A stretch of DNA of 64,000 nucleotides. It comes from Marsupella aquatica (Eukaryota; Plantae; Marchantiophyta). The stretch lies in NCBI GenBank assembly GCA_973895155.1, contig OZ316891.1:8929875-8993874 (forward strand), in the 5' to 3' direction. Of the stretch, positions 60,140 through 64,000 are shown piece by piece. The position numbers and the translations under genes were made by a program. The notes under the pieces are model-generated. The model did not search any database. It saw nothing but the letters and a program-made list of their open reading frames with translations, and had not been told where the DNA came from. How positions within the stretch are numbered: position 1 is the stretch's first letter; the number at the start of each line of letters is the position of its first letter.

Positions 60140-63060
60140 CTCTTATAGGGTGTCTCAAAGCCTCAAATTTGATGGACCTTAAGTAGGTGGTCAAGGTTAC
60201 CGACAGACAAATTTATGGACTACCAAATACACGTTCCATAACTTTTTGCCATTACAATCGGCCATATACTATGACAAAGGCTAGTGAAAGTAAAAAAATT
60301 ATATAACCCTATGAAGTACTTATGGTGAATTGTTTATGACCAAAAGCCATTGTCCACACTTTTGAAGCTTTGAGACACGCTTATACTTCATGTAAACTTG
60401 TCCTGCACTTATGAATCTCAAAGCCAACTTGCATGTGGACGACCCTTAGATTTCTGGCACTCAACTTCATGGCAGCATAGTATTCATTGAGAATATAGTG
60501 GGAAAACCTCCTCATCCTGCAGGTTTAGTGGGGAAGGTATGGCAAGGGGCGGAAACTCCCCGCCCTTGAAGTCCCATACTTTGAAAAGAGAATAAGACAA
60601 CCAAGTACTCTTTTCACCCTATCATTTACCCATGTTGTCTGTGGATTTACTATGCACCTTTCTGTCAGCCACTCGCTCCATGCCCCTCTTATTCCCCTAA
60701 CTTGCAATTGGCTCTTGCATATGTCTTTTGTGAGGAGAGAGTTCAAAGCTCTTTGACTCCCAACAAGTTGCAGTGAGTTCAAAATTTGGCAAGATTTCAA
60801 TTATAGAAAAGAGGAGGTTTGCTTTGGGCTCTCAGTGAAAGTGTTGTCAATTGCAAATTTGGCAGCATTTCAATCTCAAAGAGTTGTCTACTTCTGGCTC
60901 CAAATGAAAGAGTCAACAGCTGCAATTTGGCTTCCCTTTCCAATTGGGTCTTAGCTTCCCCATTGAATGCTTTATTAGTTCAGTCGTTGTCATGTAATTC
61001 TACTGCAGTTGCTCCTGGAATGGAGGAGTGTTTCCCTTTCCAACTGGGTCCCAATTTTCTAGTGAATGCTTTAAAGTTGTATTTATCATTGTAAATTTGT
61101 TGTAGCCATTGCCATGGCTGGGAACAAGGGAGTCTATCCAACTGCGTCCTAGTACTTTGAACTTGCCTCGTGCCATGACATGTTATGTTACGTTCAAAAG
61201 CTGGACATTTGGCCCACAAGCCAAAACATTTTGCTTCAATCGCCGCCTTCTAGAGGAATGAGAACTTCAAAGTGGTTTTTGTCAATTGGAGGTGAGCACA
61301 AGTGAGCAGGAGTCATTAGTAGGAGAACTGGAGCAAGAGTGCATGTTAACCAACCTCCACATTTTGTAGCTCCAATTCCCTGCATTAAGGCCTGCATATT
61401 CTATACTGTGAAACGACAAAACATAGACACTTGAGTGGGAAACTACAATCAAGGACACAAAGATGCTTGTAGGGTTCACATGTAGCAAGGAAGTAGATCC
61501 CCTGGAACATCAAAATCTGAAAAAGGAGAAACTAACACTTAAACAAATAGGGCAAATGAAAATCCCCAAAAACCTAACAAGAGAAAAACAGATCCAGTAG
61601 TACAATAGTGCAATGATCTAATAGTCCATAGTAACAACATTAGTAGGGTGCTACTCATGCCATCAAATAATGTGATGATCTGCATACTAGGGGGATCAGT
61701 ACCCCTTGAATGACCCTCTCTATTCTAAAGTCAAATCTCTCCATTCTAACAAAATACAAGGCTCAGATTTTATCTTTGTGTGGAAGAAAACTGAATTACC
61801 CAAGGCCATCCTCATGTAAGCCACCCTTACATCCTAGTATCAACTGTGTGTAAGTGCAAGATAGGGGCTCTTTCTTGACAAAGGCGAACGACATTGCAAA
61901 GATTTCCGGGTGAGCATTGGGCAAGATGAGAGAATTCTAATTTAGACACCATAATATCCAATCACACTCTTTTTGCTCATAGTCTCTTTATAAATTGTCA
62001 TTGTGGTGTAAAAACCTCCTTGGCCAATCAATTGTGGCATGGTGACATTGTCTCTACTAAGGTATGAGATGGGTCTAAATGTGTCATTGTGCACATTTCC
62101 CTGCCTGCCCAACAATATCACTCTCCCCATAGCTCACACACCAAGTTGCACACTCTTTGAAATCCAGTTGCTAAGCTGATGTGTTGACTCCTCGCAATAT
62201 CTGATTGACTGGCCAACTCAATTGTGCTTGACAACACTTTTGCAAAGTTAGCACTCATGCTCAACAACACTTTTGGAAAACTAACTGCACTTACTACCCA
62301 CAATATATATTTTGGAAGGTTGACGTCAATTACCAAGTAGATTCAAGTTATCCGCAATGTATAAGATTAAGGGCTACTATCTCATTTACGAGTTATAGGG
62401 CAACCGTATGTCAACCTGTGTATGTGGGGAGAAATATGGAAGACCATATACTTGTAAAGGAAACCATACAAACATAATTGTACTTTCAGGTTCTGTTTTT
62501 AGTTAAGATTGGTCCACATTGACCCTATGAGGATTTTTGTACCTTCTCCAAAGCACAGCTTTGCAGAGAGATAGTAGAGCTTGTAATGAGACATTAAAAG
62601 ATATATGTGGAGAGGAATCAATAGGCAAGGACTGTAACAACTCAACACATGACCTAGTAGTGAGTGATAAGGGCAAGTGTTTGGGGGGACAGATTGAGAA
62701 TAATGATCAGTTTGGGGGACAAGGTAGTAAAAAACTCCCGAAAAAACTGTAACTTTAATAGGAGGTCTGAAAATTAGATGGACCTTCCTTCCCTAGTTAA
62801 GGTTTATAGACTCACAAAGTTACCCACAATGAAATTAGTACTTCATAACTTTTTGCCATAAGGATTGATCTTATGCCACTACCATCTCTATAAATTCTTC
62901 CTTCATAACTTTTTGCCATAGGGCTTGGTCTTATGCCATTACCATCTCTATTAGAGGCACAAGAAAACCAAAAAAACCTTTTACAAAAGTTAGTACCATT
63001 CCTTTATGGTCAAATGCCATTAATTTCGAAGCTTTGATTACCCACAAGTTAAGCTTGCAA
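60140..63060. repeat. Two diverged direct copies of a ~270-bp dispersed repeat (~60140-60400 and ~62760-63060) around decayed TE-like sequence
   Basis: Shared motifs in the same order: GATGGACCTT, AAGGTT, CATAACTTTTTGCCAT (60237; 62844 and 62904), TTTATG..CAAA.GCCATT, GAAGCTTTGA. Confidence 0.5.
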
Positions 63061-64000
63061 CTTTAACAACACTATCAAGAATTATAATACAAGGTTGCGC
63101 CTTTTTTATGCAGTGGTCGTCATTCAAAAATACAGTGCCTAGAAAAGAAGTAATCAATACAGAGAAGGATAAAACCAAAATGAAATTAAATATAGAGTGA
63201 ACCAAAAAGTACAAGAAATATTTTCACACAAAAAGTAATCAATTGGTGGACACATAAAACAAAAAACGTAACTAACCCTGTTGCATGCACTTTTCACACA
63301 AAAAAGAATCTAATGGTGGAAACAAAAGACAAAAAAGGTACCTACCCGTGTTGTATTCAAGAGTATCATAAGTCACTATATACCATATCCTAAAAAAATG
63401 GATATGGTATTAAGTATAAAATCAAGAAAAATGGATATGATATTATTTATAAAATCAAGAAAAAATGGGAACAATCTTAAGTCTTAAGTAAAAATTTGTT
63501 TTTCTACAACTATAGGAATCATCCATATCTCTATTAATCTCAATTATCTCTGCCCAAGCTACCCATAGCCTACCCAAACCCAACCAAGATAAAATTAATT
63601 AATTGAAAATTGATCAAAAACTAATTATTAAAATTGAGACTTATTAAAAACTAATTATTATAATTGAGACTTATTTAATAACTTTAAAGTTTTGAAAAAA
63701 CTTGAGTAAAAATAATATATATGTATGATATTAATTTCTCTAAAAATTTAGAATAAAAAACATTTTTTTTGGTCACTTGGTTGTGCTTGGACTCTATGTT
63801 GCGGTGACTATTATCTCAGTCAGTCTCCAATTTCTATGTGCAGCGCACGAGTTGTTGCACACCACCGCAACAACTCTACCTTGCCTTGACATATTTTTCT
63901 CATCTCGCCATTTTTTCTCACATTGACATCTTTATCTCACGACATTTGTTTTCACCCTCAACATTGTTTAGGTCCTTGATTTTTGTTTCTCTCCTCGATA

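Noticed and set aside
60500-62500. Possible decayed SWIM/MULE-type coding remnant on the minus strand
   Set aside because: Only scattered Cys/His-containing fragments; too degraded to call without a profile search.

Overview
Eukaryotic nuclear DNA from a land plant, probably a bryophyte such as a liverwort (inferred from gene content and style; not provable here). Positions 1-28.3 kb are a nest of DNA transposons. CACTA-1 has only its right end visible (12758). CACTA-2 is complete (14960-24706, TIR CACTACAACA, TSD GTT). A decayed hAT element follows (BED finger + transposase, probable end at 28307), and a RING-H2 pseudogene lies between the two CACTAs. The most striking observation is that each CACTA carries a chromatin-domain cargo immediately upstream of its TnpD transposase body. 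CACTA-1 has an EDM2-type composite PHD cassette. CACTA-2 has an intact stand-alone SET-domain exon that splices in frame to a transposase-associated zinc-domain exon. To the right are a fungal-like short-chain dehydrogenase gene (candidate horizontal transfer), a SINE-like element, MITEs, a full CSLD cellulose synthase-like gene, a divergent DUF179 gene, minisatellites, and a NOL6/Utp22 gene hosting two (possibly three) intronic box C/D snoRNAs. Family assignments come from motif recognition by eye, not from database searches.
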